Positions 49,118-59,900 are shown, numbered from the stretch's first letter. The stretch: DNA of 64,000 nucleotides from an uncultured Gammaproteobacteria bacterium (GCA_963748215.1 CAVVHS010000002.1:128001-192000), one strand, 5' to 3'. The notes: a model not told the origin generated them from the sequence alone. A program made the numbers and translations.

Positions 49118-49274
49118 TTGTCTGCGCGTACCCGCGCCTGTAGCCGGATTTACCAGGCACGGAGAAAAACGGCTGCTTGTCCTGGCCATTCACCGTAAAT
49201 CGAGACGACCCCGGAAGACAACCCTCAGTCGGGGTATGACGGCATGCACGCCATGACTGCTCTCATGCAGCGGA

Positions 49275-50688
49275 TCAGAGGGGCACCAGCTCGGTAATCG
49301 GCGTTGCATTCTTCGCATCGACCTTGCCGTACAGGTCATACAGCGCGGCCTGCAGCGCCTCCTCGATGACCGGATGGTAGAACGGCATCTGCAGTATCCC
49401 GCCAACCGTCATTTCCTGCTGAATGCACCAGGCCAGCAGGTGTCCCAGGTTCTCGCCCTTCGGGCATACCATCTCGGCACCCAGCAGGCGGCCACTGGGC
49501 TTGTCTGCATAGACCCGTATCAGGCCACGATTTTTGGCCATGATCATGGCACGACCCACCGGCCCCATCTGGACCTGTCCGGTGACCGTGCAGTCCGGAT
49601 CGAGGTCGGCAAAGCGGCTGCCGACCACCACGATGTTGGGATCGCAGAAGGTGATGCCGAGTGGCGTCTTTCTCCTGAAGGCCGTCGGCTCGGCGGAAAT
49701 TGCGTTGTAACCGGCGATACGTCCCTCGTCACCGGCCTCATGCAGCACGGGCCGCTCGCCGGTGACATCACCGGCCATATATATCGGGGTGTCGCCGATA
49801 CGCATGGTTCCTCGGTCAAACACCGGAATACCGCGCGCGTCCAGTTCAACACCGATATCTTCCAAGCCCGAGTTTGTCGAGATTGGGTGTGCGGCCCATA
49901 CTGGCAAAGACGCGCTCGACCTCGACTACCTGCTCACCGGCCTTTACGCGCAGCATGCCGTTGCCGGACTCGCTTATATCAGCTGCATGTCCGAGCCACA
50001 GCGGCATCTCCTTGCCAATGACATCGATGGCGGTTCTGTTGACCTCCGGATCACTCAGGCCACCGATCGTATTCAGTTGATCGATACCTGTGACCTCGAG
50101 GCCCATACGCCGCAGCGACTGGCCGATTTCCAGACCGATCACGCCGAGCCCGATGACAGCAAGCGACTGTGGCAGATCCTCCAGCTCGAAGAAATCATCG
50201 GTGGTGATGATACGGTCGCGAAAGGATGCCCAGGCACGCGGCACGAGCGGTCGCGAACCGGTAGCGATGATGATGTGTTCCGCGCATATGCGTTCACCGG
50301 TGTCGATTTCCAGCAGGTTCGCCTCAATGAACCGGGCATAACCCTGAATGAAGTTTTCCACGGGCAGCTTGTCCGTACTATTGGCAAGCACGCGCTCAAC
50401 AAAGATGTCGCGCAAATCCTGCACAAATTCCATCGCCTCCGGGATGCTGAGGCTCATGTCCTCATGCCCCTCGATCCCGTAACGATTGAATACATTGCGA
50501 CGATAAAAATCCTCGGCAACCTGGATTACGGCCTTGGAGGGCATGCAGCCGACACGCGCGCAGGTGGTCCCCAGCTCACCGCCATTGATCAGTACAAACG
50601 ATTTTCCCGAGGGACGCACCTTGCCCAGCGCATACAGTCCGGCACTGCCGGAGCCTATGATGGCGACGTCGACCTTGCGTTCTTTCAC
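49275..50688 (-). CDS. Second dihydrolipoamide dehydrogenase-like flavoprotein; apparent +1 frameshift near 49868
   Basis: GTG start with CAGGAG RBS and GTTCARVGCMPSK. The C-terminal YHPVIEE lies in the adjacent frame. Confidence 0.85.
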
Positions 50689-51096
50689 ATCGACTCCTGA
50701 TGCATGTAATGGGTTACGATGGTGTTCCCGACGGCGTGGCCCTTGCAGACTGGCGCCCCGGACAGGAAGGATAAACACACGCCGGTCGCTTATCCAGCTG
50801 AATAGCCGCATATCTGAAGCAGGATCCGTTATCTGTCAGACCTTGCCGGGAAACACGCCTGCTGCACTGGTCGAGGCACCTGTTCGAATGGTGGAACCTG
50901 CGCCGGCATCGCTAGCGCCATGGCTTCGGGATGCGAGGTGTGACGAGCAGCTGCCGACAGATACGGCGACTTACAGCCAGTCTGGACAGGCAAGTCCGAG
51001 ATTGCCGGAACAAACTGGCCTGGCGTGATTTTCTGAAAAACTGCGATCGGCCATGCACGGATATGGGGAATACGGGTACAGCACCCTTTTCTGCCG

Positions 51097-51687
51097 TTAA
51101 TACGGATCTTTTCCGGATTTCCAGTCTTCGAGTTTCACGATATAGGGCGGCTGGCCGTTGTCAAAGAACCAGGAATCGACCGCATAGCGAATCCCGGTAG
51201 CATTTTCCCGGATCACGGCCGTTGTATGCGGCATTCCGATAAAAATCCCGAAACGTGTCGAACGATCTGCAACAGTGTGAAACCTGAACAATCCATCCCG
51301 CTCCAGCATGCGCAGGTAAGTGTTGGTGTTGGTGGATTCATCGATACAGTCGAGCTGCTTTGGCCTGCCAAAGCCGGCCAGGTTGCCGCCTTTATCTACC
51401 GATGTTCCCAGGTGCACACCGACTGTTTCTTCCAGGATAGCGATTGAATCCGCAATCACCGCGCGCTCCTCTGCCGCGGTATTTGCGTCCCGGGAAAACG
51501 GGGCCGTTGCCCGGCGCCACTCCTCTTCACTAACGGAATCCGTTGCCACGCTGGCACAGGAATGGTTATAACAAATCGAGAACCGTGCCGGCGTGGGCCG
51601 TGTGATGCCGCCAGCCAGTGCAAAGTTATCTGCAGCCAGTGGCATTGCAAGCATGCCGGCCAGAAAAAATATTACTGCCCGTACCAT
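51097..51687 (-). CDS. Conserved-looking secreted hypothetical protein
   Basis: Signal peptide with CYNHSC, QLDCIDESTN, PHTTAV and YAVDSW (possible Cys-His-Asp triad). Confidence 0.7.
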   Translation of the reverse strand: MVRAVIFFLAGMLAMPLAADNFALAGGITRPTPARFSICYNHSCASVATDSVSEEEWRRATAPFSRDANTAAEERAVIADSIAILEETVGVHLGTSVDKGGNLAGFGRPKQLDCIDESTNTNTYLRMLERDGLFRFHTVADRSTRFGIFIGMPHTTAVIRENATGIRYAVDSWFFDNGQPPYIVKLEDWKSGKDPY

Positions 51688-52079
51688 GATGACCTGTTGA
51701 AGGGGGACAGGCCATTTTCATCGTAATCGAAATCAGGAATCTGTCCTATCTGTAACAGAAGGTGATTGCCGGGCATGAGTCTTTCCACACGAATGGTCAT
51801 GGCACAACGCATGATTACTCTGGATGAAGAATCTTATCCCGTGATTCTAATGTCAACTATCAGGTAGATAGCTACCGTTTTACAATCACTGCAGACACTT
51901 CAGGAATCAGGGCATTCACCAAGGCAATTGAGGGCTGATATGTATGTGTCCCTGACCTCGTTACCGGCTACCGGAGGGGTCTTCGACAGTGGGGCATGGG
52001 TGCGGTTTTGAAAATTTCGGTGGCAATGCGTGCACACATGTACCACCGAATTTCATATTGACTGGGATTTGGTGGAAAC

Positions 52080-52526
52080 CTACCTCACTTCCCCTTCAAG
52101 CTGCCTGATGCGATCTTTCAATTGCTCGATTTCAGAATTGCTGGAGCCGCCTCCCGGTACAACGATTGCAGACGTGGCGCCATAGCCGGGATAGCCGCCG
52201 TAGCCATAACCGGGGCCGCCATAGCCGCCGTAACCGCCGTAGCCGGGATAACCGCCGTAGCCGTAGCCGGGAAAGCCGCCGTAGCCATAGCCGGGATAGC
52301 CGCCGTAGCCATAGCCGGGGCCGCCATAGCCGGGATAGCCGCCGTAGCCATAGCCGGGGCCGCCATAGTCATAGTCATAGTCATCGTAACGATCGCTATC
52401 ATTGTTGCCGCCCATCCACTTCGACGGGTTCATCATATTGCCCATGTCGAATGCGTAGGTTGTATTGGCAAGCAATAAGCCGATAGCCATCAGCGTCACT
52501 CCGGGTGCTATATTCTTGTATTGCAT
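52080..52526 (-). CDS. Sulfur globule envelope protein-like (Gly/Tyr/Pro repeats)
   Basis: Signal peptide, FDMGNMMNPSKW and tandem GYGYGGYP repeats; GGAGG RBS; sulfur-oxidizer context. Confidence 0.75.
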   Translation of the reverse strand: MQYKNIAPGVTLMAIGLLLANTTYAFDMGNMMNPSKWMGGNNDSDRYDDYDYDYGGPGYGYGGYPGYGGPGYGYGGYPGYGYGGFPGYGYGGYPGYGGYGGYGGPGYGYGGYPGYGATSAIVVPGGGSSNSEIEQLKDRIRQLEGEVR

Positions 52527-52806
52527 TGTTTCTGTTCCTCCGATTATTGAAAGTAATCATCTTCAGGCAAACGCTGCACTATTCTGTCTTTCGAGACCCT
52601 TATCCCATTAGCCGATCATGACGTCAAATAAAAGTGCCGCCATAGGTGCCCCGTCGTGCTGTTGCAGCGATCATCTGCAGAAAGATGCGGTTTGGCGAAT
52701 GGCGGATTTGGCTCGGCCCTCACCCTTTAGCATATCTCTGATATTATGTCGCTTTCTTCCCTGCCATCTCAATCAGCCCCAGCAGGCCGGGGCCGAAAGT
52801 ACACCT

Positions 52807-53142
52807 CTACCTAATCAATGGCTGATCAGAAACACGGTACTGTTTAAATGCGTCGACACCCGTACAGCGGATGCTTTTATCTGTGTCACGGTCCCATCGA
52901 CTGCGAATCGGTCGCGGACTGATGCGATCGGCGAAGCGTGAAGCGACCCCACCGGACCAGACGACTCCATTTCGACGACATTTGGAACCCGGTGCTTGTG
53001 GCACTTCATATCGGGAATGGGTGTCGCGGGACATGGTATTACCTGAATTGCTGGCATATGCACCGTCACTGATAACACCGAGAATTACAGAGCAGACTAA
53101 CGTGGAGAAAAGAAAAGCAAGATCATTATTATTGTTCATCAC
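52807..53142 (-). CDS. Hypothetical secreted protein, possibly degenerate
   Basis: GGAGG RBS and signal-like N-terminus ending AYA. Confidence 0.35.
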   Translation of the reverse strand: MMNNNNDLAFLFSTLVCSVILGVISDGAYASNSGNTMSRDTHSRYEVPQAPGSKCRRNGVVWSGGVASRFADRISPRPIRSRWDRDTDKSIRCTGVDAFKQYRVSDQPLIR

Positions 53143-53598
53143 TACCTCCGGTACCGGTAACCTGTCGTTGTTATGTTCTTTCTGGTTAATTCAAGATTAA
53201 CAGTAGAAAATTCAGCTGGCCACTGTTCCAGGCGAATTGAATGGTCTGACTAATACTTTAGAATCACGATAGACAGTCATTTTCGAAAACATCTTAGGGA
53301 CGCAAGACTGGCAGCACGACACATTCTCCCCGCATCCGAGCGGCCGAGGCCATAGTCCGGTACAGATCTGCGATCTGGCCGTGACGAGACCCGGGAATGT
53401 CGTTGTTGGATCCGGGCTGTGTGAAAACCTGACTGCTGGATGCCTCGAAAAATACTGGCTCCACCAGAGGTTTATAGCGCTGCGGTCAACATGTGAGGAG
53501 TGGTTTGGAACCGCCGGATTAGGGCTGGTTTTGAGTTTTACACAGTCGGGGTCAGCCACCCGGCAAGATCACCCGGGTATTTTCCCTGCTACTTCCGG

Positions 53599-54799
53599 TG
53601 ACCGTACCCCCGTAATCCGAGCCATGCGTGATGTGGGATTTCCCTATAATTTTGACCCAGGGAGGTCCCGATATGAAGCGCAAACGCTATACCGAAGAAC
53701 AGATCATTTCGATCCTGAAGGAGCACGAGGCCGGCGCCTCCGTGCCTGAGCTGTCCCGCCGCCATGGCGTGGCGGAGAACACGATCTACCGCTGGAAGTC
53801 GAAGTTCGGCGGCATGGAGATCTCCGAGGCCAAACGGCTGCGTGAACTCGAAGCAGGAGAACGCGAAGCTGAAGCGGCTGCTGGCCGAGGCGGAGCTCGA
53901 CAAGGCCGCACTCAAGGAGCTGGTCGAGGGAAAATGGTGACGGCCGCGCAGCGGCGACGGGCCGTGGATCACCTCAAGAGTCGCCGCGTCAGCGAACGTC
54001 GTGCCTGTCGGCTGACGGGCTTCAGCCGTTCGGCCGCCTGGTATCCGCTCAAGGGGCGCGATGATGCTGCGCTGCGGGCGCGTCTCAGAGCGCTGGCGGA
54101 ACGCTATCCCCGCTACGGGTATCCGACACTGCATGACATGCTGCGGACCGAGGGCCTGGTACAGAACCCCAAGCGCACCTACCGGATTTACCGGGAGGAA
54201 GGGCTGCAGGTCCGCACCAAACGGCGCAAGAAGCTGAACCGTCCGCGGATACCGATGGTCGTGCCCAACCAGGTCAACGAACGCTGGTCGATGGATTTTG
54301 TCAGTGACCAGCTGGCGAACGGGCGGCGCATTCCGGGTGCTGAACGTCGTGGACGACTTCACCCGCGAGTGCGTGCTGCAGGTAGTCGACTTCTCGATCT
54401 CCGGCCAGCGCCTGGCCCGTGAACTGGACCGGCTTGCCGAGCGTCGGCCGCTACCCAAAACCATTGTCTGCGACAACGGACCGGAGTTTACCAGCAAGGC
54501 AATGTTCTTCTGGTCGAAGCACACCGGTGCAAAGCTGCATTTCATCCAGCCGGGCAAACCAACCCAGAATGCCTTTGTTGAGAGCTTCAACGGCAAGTTC
54601 CGGGAGTACTGTCTGAACCTGCACTGGTTTGCCAGCCTGGAGGATGCTCGTGCAACGATCGATGCGTGGCGAAACCATTACAACCACGTCAGGCCGCACC
54701 GTTCACTGGGCAAGAAACCGCCTGCGGTGTTCGCCAGGGAGGCGGCCTGATATGCTTAATATCCACATCCGACCCTGCTCGGGTTCCGGGGTACGGTCA
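53599..54799 (+). mobile_element. IS3 family (IS407-like) insertion sequence; orfA 53673-53940, orfB to 54750
   Basis: TIRs TGACCGTACCCC / GGGGTACGGTCA, orfA MKRKRYTEEQII, and DDE motifs WSMDF, DNGPEF and ESFNG. Two extra single-base insertions at about 53851 and 54330. Confidence 0.93.
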
Positions 54800-54943
54800 C
54801 ATGCACCTGGAATACCTAAACCTGGCTCCATGACGCAACCCTGATAAGCAGGATGAAAGGTGCCAGCCATATCGTAATAGCACGCATAAATATCAACGTA
54901 TTCGTCCCCACATAGGATTCTATAACTCACTAACATTATTCAT

Positions 54944-54968
54944 AAAAAAAGGCGGCACCTGGGCCGCC
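54944..54968 (-). terminator. Orphan intrinsic terminator
   Basis: Minus strand GGCGGC-CCAGGT-GCCGCC-TTTTTTT. Confidence 0.6.
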
Positions 54969-55211
54969 ATTCGTGATTGCGCTAAAGTTATCCGCTCATA
55001 CACCGCGCGCGTAAATGATATTTATCAAAATAATTTTCATCACTAAGCCTAAATGTCTTGGTTGGGTTTAAGCCATCCGGCTGGAATGTCTGTAATTACC
55101 CCCACCAGGGTCTCATAAATGTATTGCAAAAACAGAAGATGGATTTAGGCTGCATATACGAAAATGTATGATATATATAGTCCAAACTTGAGAAGATTCT
55201 TTCCGATCGTT

Positions 55212-55580
55212 ATGCAGAAATACGTACTTTTAGCAATCCTAACAATTGCTACGTTATGTGTAGTCAAGCTGGCTTGTGCAGATTATGGGCCTAGAGTTCA
55301 TTTGTTAGAACTTGATATAGGCAATAACAGATATTTGGTATTTCCTGGCATTACTCGATTATCTGAAGGTAATTACATCAGGTTCTGTCACATAGGACAT
55401 CAAATTACGCCATATGTACTAATTGATACCAAAGAGCAAGAATATTTAGCTGATATAAAAATAACCGAAGGCAAAAGCAATTTACATGGAATGATTGCAA
55501 TTCCTGAGTCTGTTAATTATCGGGATATACTAGGGTTAAGGATAAATGGGCATCATTTTGAATGGCAGCCAGATAATTAA
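55212..55580 (+). CDS. Hypothetical secreted protein (AT-rich)
   Basis: MQKYVLLAIL.. signal-like N-terminus; open frame maintained in AT-rich DNA. Confidence 0.55.
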   Translation: MQKYVLLAILTIATLCVVKLACADYGPRVHLLELDIGNNRYLVFPGITRLSEGNYIRFCHIGHQITPYVLIDTKEQEYLADIKITEGKSNLHGMIAIPESVNYRDILGLRINGHHFEWQPDN

Positions 55581-55854
55581 AATAGCTTTATTTGTAATCA
55601 TTATTACCCTATCTGGATGTGGCGGATTATTCCCGGATTGTAATGTTGATTGCTCCGCAGAAATGAATGAAGTTGTATTAACTCGGGGGCAGCCCGATGA
55701 AATTGAAGTAGTCGCTGATTTTGATAACTTACACATAATCACATATTGGTATTATTGTGATGGTATTGCATATACTTTTACCTGGGGTGGGGGTATATCA
55801 TCATGTTCTGAGCAGTGTTCTGTCGAAACGCATACATTTACACCCATTTGTTAA
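55546..55854 (+). CDS. Cys-rich putative lipoprotein (AT-rich; start uncertain)
   Basis: LSGC lipobox and a GQPD..YWYY pattern reminiscent of the SmpA/OmlA-like fold. Confidence 0.55.
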   Translation: MGIILNGSQIIKIALFVIIITLSGCGGLFPDCNVDCSAEMNEVVLTRGQPDEIEVVADFDNLHIITYWYYCDGIAYTFTWGGGISSCSEQCSVETHTFTPIC

Positions 55855-56109
55855 TTCAGCAATCCTGTAAGCCAGGTTCTAGCTAGTAGCAGGATTTGCA
55901 AAATCAGTTCGCAAGCCTCCTCGTCAAGTTTCCGTTTGTAATCCAGAGTATTCTTGGTCTTGGGTTGCATTAGTTGACAGTGATAAACCATCCGGTGAGC
56001 CGTAGGGTGGTGGCTAATTTCAATGGGTGCACCACTTGTCAACGAACTGAATAACCTGGACCAGGTGACGGGTGATAGTAAGAGAACCAGGACTTCGTTT
56101 CTCGAGCAT

Positions 56110-56195
56110 CGATGGTACGCTCGTCTCGCCATTGAACACTCCTTTCGGGGCATCGTAAGCCCCTTCTGAGTGTCCGTTAAACTGGGGTAAGTTCA
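56110..56195 (-). mobile_element. Truncated left end of a second IS3-family element
   Basis: Minus strand TGAACTTACCCCAGTTTAACGGACAC (IS3-type IR), then AAGGAG RBS and ATG (56132) MARRAY, after which similarity is lost. Confidence 0.6.
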
Positions 56196-56352
56196 TCTGC
56201 CGCCGATTAGCGTTCTCGAATAGTAGCGCCGCTAAACGTCCGACTAGAGTAACCCGTCACTGGCACTCCCTGATACCGATGCAGAATTTACCGGTCGAGC
56301 CCGGCGTTGATGACCTGAAGTCCTCCACACGATCAAGGACATGCGCTGCAAG

Positions 56353-56892
56353 TTACGGCCGGTTGGCATACTCCCGGTCGAAGATCGCCTCCAGCGGCGC
56401 GTGCACGCCGCGCAGTCGGTCGATCACGCGCTTCGCCCAGTCGAAATACTCGCGCCGCCGGTGCAGGTCCCAGCCTGCCGGTGGCGCGTGTGTCACATCA
56501 CGCAGGTTGCTGATCTTGTCGGCCAGCTTCACCAGTTTCGACTCATTGCGAATGTGCGCCGCGTGCTCGACCTGCTGTTCCTTGCGTTCGGCCTTTAGCA
56601 GCGTCTTGTCGTCGGTGACGTCCATGACGATGCCGGCAATCGCTGCGCCGAATTCCCTGACCAGCTCTGCTTCTGTCGTCTCGGTATCCTCCACCGTATC
56701 GTGCAACAGTGCACCGCAGATCACGTTGACATCCGTGATGTGTGCCTCGTTGCAGAGGATGTCGGCGAGCGAAATCGGGTGATTGATATAGGGCGAGGCC
56801 TCGACGTCCTTGCGACGCTGACCGCGGTGCTTGTGCGCGGCGAATGCCAGCGCCTTTAACAGCAGTTTCAAATCACCTTCTGCAATTGTCAT
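56353..56892 (-). CDS. HD-domain Mesh1/small alarmone hydrolase-like protein
   Basis: H.GQRRK..PYINHP, LLHDTVEDT, VTDDK and KLADK..NL motifs. Confidence 0.88.
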   Translation of the reverse strand: MTIAEGDLKLLLKALAFAAHKHRGQRRKDVEASPYINHPISLADILCNEAHITDVNVICGALLHDTVEDTETTEAELVREFGAAIAGIVMDVTDDKTLLKAERKEQQVEHAAHIRNESKLVKLADKISNLRDVTHAPPAGWDLHRRREYFDWAKRVIDRLRGVHAPLEAIFDREYANRP

Positions 56893-56998
56893 CATGGTTC
56901 CTGCAGGAATAGAAAAACGGGATCGGCCCGGCTGACGACAGCAAACGGTAACGGGTCATGCCTCCGCGGTACGCAAACCGCGCGGTGATTTCGTCTGC

Positions 56999-59179
56999 CT
57001 ACGCCCCCACCGCTTCCAGGTTGGCATAGGCCAGCACCAGCCACTTGGTGCCGGCACCGGAGAAATTCACCTGTACGCGGGCACTGGAGCCCTTGCCCTC
57101 GCAGTTCATGATCACGCCGTCGCCGAACCTGGCGTGCCGCACGTGCTGGCCCAGATGCAGGCCACCGGCAGGGACATTCTGCAGGCCGGCCGTTGTCGGT
57201 ATCGATTGCGTCGATGTCATCCGCGGCATGCTGACGCCGGGACGCGGGCGCACCTCGTCGATGAGCTGTTTCGGGATCTCGTCGATGAAGCGCGACGGCA
57301 GGCAATAGGTTTCCGAACCGAACACGCGGCGACGCTCGGCACAGGTAATCACCAGTTGTCTGCGCGCGCGCGTGATACCGACATAACACAGGCGGCGTTC
57401 CTCCTCGAGCCGTCCCGGCTCCTCGACCGAGCGCTGGTGCGGGAACAGGCCCTCCTCCAGGCCGCACAGGAATACCAGTGGAAACTCCAGTCCCTTGGCC
57501 GAGTGCAGCGTCATCAGCTGCACGCAATCCTCCCAGGCATCGCCCTGGCCTTCGCCGGCCTCGAGCGCGGCATGCGAGAGAAACTCGGACAGCGGGTCCA
57601 TGTCGCTGTCGGGATCGGCTTCGAACTCACGCGCGGCATTGACCAGTTCCTGCAGGTTCTCGAGGCGCGCGTCGCCCTTCTCGCCCTTCTCCCTGGCGAA
57701 GTGATCGACCAGCCCGCTCGGGTGCATGACGTGCTCGACCTGTTCGCCAAGCGAGAGCCTGTTGATATCCGAGGCCAGTTCGTCCACCAGCTTCAGGAAC
57801 CCGACCACCGCATTCGCGGCACGTGCCGACAGCAGTTTCTCGTTAACCACGGTCACGGCGGCCTGCCACAGCGAGGTATTGTAGTTCCTGGCGTGCAGAC
57901 GCACCGCATCCATGGTGCGCCCGCCGATGCCGCGCGGTGGATGATTTACCACGCGCTCGAACGAGGCGTCGTCATCGCGGTTGGCCGACAGGCGCAGGTA
58001 GGCCAGCGCGTCCTTGATCTCGGCGCGTTCGAAGAAGCGCAGGCCACCGTACACGCGATAGGGCACGCCGCATTGCATCAGGCGTTCCTCGAACACGCGT
58101 GACTGGGCATTGGACCGGTACAGGATGGCGACGTCGCTGCGCGCATTGCCCTTGTCGACGTGGTCCTCGATGCGATCCACCACGAATCGCGCCTCGTCCT
58201 GTTCGTTGTAGGCGGTGTACAGCTGGATCCGCTCGCCGTCGTTGCCGTCGGTCCACAGCTGCTTGCCCATGCGCGCGGTATTGTTGTCGATCACGGCATT
58301 CGCGGCCTTGAGGATGTTCGCGGTGGAACGGTAGTTCTGTTCCAGCCGCACCACGCGTGTGTTCCTGAAATCCTTCTGGAAGCGCAGGATGTTTTCCACG
58401 CGCGCGCCGCGCCAGCCGTAGATCGACTGGTCGTCATCGCCGACCACCGTGATGCGCGCGGCGTCGCCGGCCAGCATGCGCAACCAGGCGTACTGGATGG
58501 CGTTGGTGTCCTGGAACTCGTCGACCAGGATATGATGAAAGCGCTGGCGGTAATGATCCAGCAGCGCGGGATACTTCAGCCACAGTTCGTGCGAACGCAG
58601 CAGCAGTTCGGCGAAATCGATCAGCCCGGAGCGCTGGCACAGATCCTCGTAGGCCTGGTAGATGTCCAGCTGGCGTTTCAGGTACGGGTCGTTGCGGTGT
58701 TCGATGTGCTGCGGCCGCCGGCCCTCGTCCTTGCAGCCGTTGATGAACCACTGCATCTGCCGCGGCGGCCACCTGGCCTCGTCGAGGTCCAGGGACTTGA
58801 GGATGCGCTTGATCAGGCGCAGCTGGTCCTGTGAGTCGAGGATCTGGAAACCCTGCGGCAGCCCGGCCTCCTGCCAGTGGCTGCGCAGCAGGCGGTGCGC
58901 AAGGCCGTGAAAGGTGCCGACCCACATGCCGCTGGCCGGCGCCTGGATCATCTGCTCGATGCGGCTGCGCATTTCGCCGGCCGCCTTGTTGGTGAAGGTC
59001 ACCGCCAGGATGGAGTACGGCGACAGCCCTTCCACGTCGATCAGCCAGGCGATGCGGTGCACCAGCACGCGCGTCTTGCCGCTGCCGGCGCCGGCCAGTA
59101 CCAGCAGTGGGTCCTGTGCCGCGCAGACCGCCTCGCGCTGGGCGTCATTGAGCGATTCGATAATCCGGGAGACATCCAT
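56999..59179 (-). CDS. uvrD: DNA helicase II
   Basis: AGAGSGKT, VDEFQD, QNYRS, HSAKGLEF, EERRL and C-terminal KWLVLAYANL. Confidence 0.96.
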   Translation of the reverse strand: MDVSRIIESLNDAQREAVCAAQDPLLVLAGAGSGKTRVLVHRIAWLIDVEGLSPYSILAVTFTNKAAGEMRSRIEQMIQAPASGMWVGTFHGLAHRLLRSHWQEAGLPQGFQILDSQDQLRLIKRILKSLDLDEARWPPRQMQWFINGCKDEGRRPQHIEHRNDPYLKRQLDIYQAYEDLCQRSGLIDFAELLLRSHELWLKYPALLDHYRQRFHHILVDEFQDTNAIQYAWLRMLAGDAARITVVGDDDQSIYGWRGARVENILRFQKDFRNTRVVRLEQNYRSTANILKAANAVIDNNTARMGKQLWTDGNDGERIQLYTAYNEQDEARFVVDRIEDHVDKGNARSDVAILYRSNAQSRVFEERLMQCGVPYRVYGGLRFFERAEIKDALAYLRLSANRDDDASFERVVNHPPRGIGGRTMDAVRLHARNYNTSLWQAAVTVVNEKLLSARAANAVVGFLKLVDELASDINRLSLGEQVEHVMHPSGLVDHFAREKGEKGDARLENLQELVNAAREFEADPDSDMDPLSEFLSHAALEAGEGQGDAWEDCVQLMTLHSAKGLEFPLVFLCGLEEGLFPHQRSVEEPGRLEEERRLCYVGITRARRQLVITCAERRRVFGSETYCLPSRFIDEIPKQLIDEVRPRPGVSMPRMTSTQSIPTTAGLQNVPAGGLHLGQHVRHARFGDGVIMNCEGKGSSARVQVNFSGAGTKWLVLAYANLEAVGA

Positions 59180-59446
59180 GGCGGGACATTCTAGCAATAC
59201 AGGGGGTGCGTTTCAGGCCAACCGGCCGGCGGTTTTCGGCCAGGCGTGTATAAACCACGCAACATCCTGTAAACTGTCAAATAAGTAACCGCCAATAATG
59301 ACAAAACGACGGCTACAATGACCGGCACCACACGACGGATTTCCGGCCGCCATGCAGGTATGACACGACTGCAGTGACGATCCGGAAGCAGGGCGCTGTT
59401 CCGCACCACGGACAGCGACTGGGAACTCAGGCCGGTTGAGGTGTTT

Positions 59447-59887
59447 ATGGGTATATTTCTGATAGTGCTTGCGATCCTGCTCGCGGTTGCCGGCGCGGTC
59501 TGGCTAACGTATTACAAGCAGCCGGCAACTGCCCGGCACAAGCGCCGGCCACCGGCTTCCAGCGCCCCCGCCCGCCCAGGCGGCATCGACAAGCTGCAAG
59601 GCAATGATCTGTTCTGGGGCGTGGAGCTGACGCAGGCCGGTTGCGAGTCTGCGCATATCATGCTGGGCAAGCAGTTCACCTTCGACGCGGCGCCGGAACT
59701 GCCGCTCCAGGGTTGCAGCTCGGTCGCCTGCACCTGCCAGTTCCGCGGCCTGAAGGAGCGGCGCTCCAGGAGCCGGCGTTCGCACCCTGACCGCCGCGAG
59801 CTGCTGCGCTACGACGTGGAGAAGCCCGACCGCCGCTCGCGCGCCAGCCGACGGCGTGCCGACAAGTGGGCTAACCACACCTACTGA
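59447..59887 (+). CDS. Hypothetical membrane-anchored protein with Cys cluster and Arg-rich tail
   Basis: N-terminal TM helix, LPLQGC....CTC.F and ERRS/DRR repeats; GAGG RBS. Confidence 0.65.
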   Translation: MGIFLIVLAILLAVAGAVWLTYYKQPATARHKRRPPASSAPARPGGIDKLQGNDLFWGVELTQAGCESAHIMLGKQFTFDAAPELPLQGCSSVACTCQFRGLKERRSRSRRSHPDRRELLRYDVEKPDRRSRASRRRADKWANHTY

Positions 59888-59900
59888 GCCGTGGCCGCGA

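Noticed and set aside
49846-49907. Programmed ribosomal frameshift in the second lpd gene
   Set aside because: There is no slippery heptamer or precedent, and it matches the pattern of other likely sequencing insertions.
52118-52486. Repetitive alternative-frame ORFs (Arg/Ser-rich and Ala/Met-rich)
   Set aside because: They are by-products of the GYG repeat. Only the 52080-52526 frame has an RBS and signal peptide.
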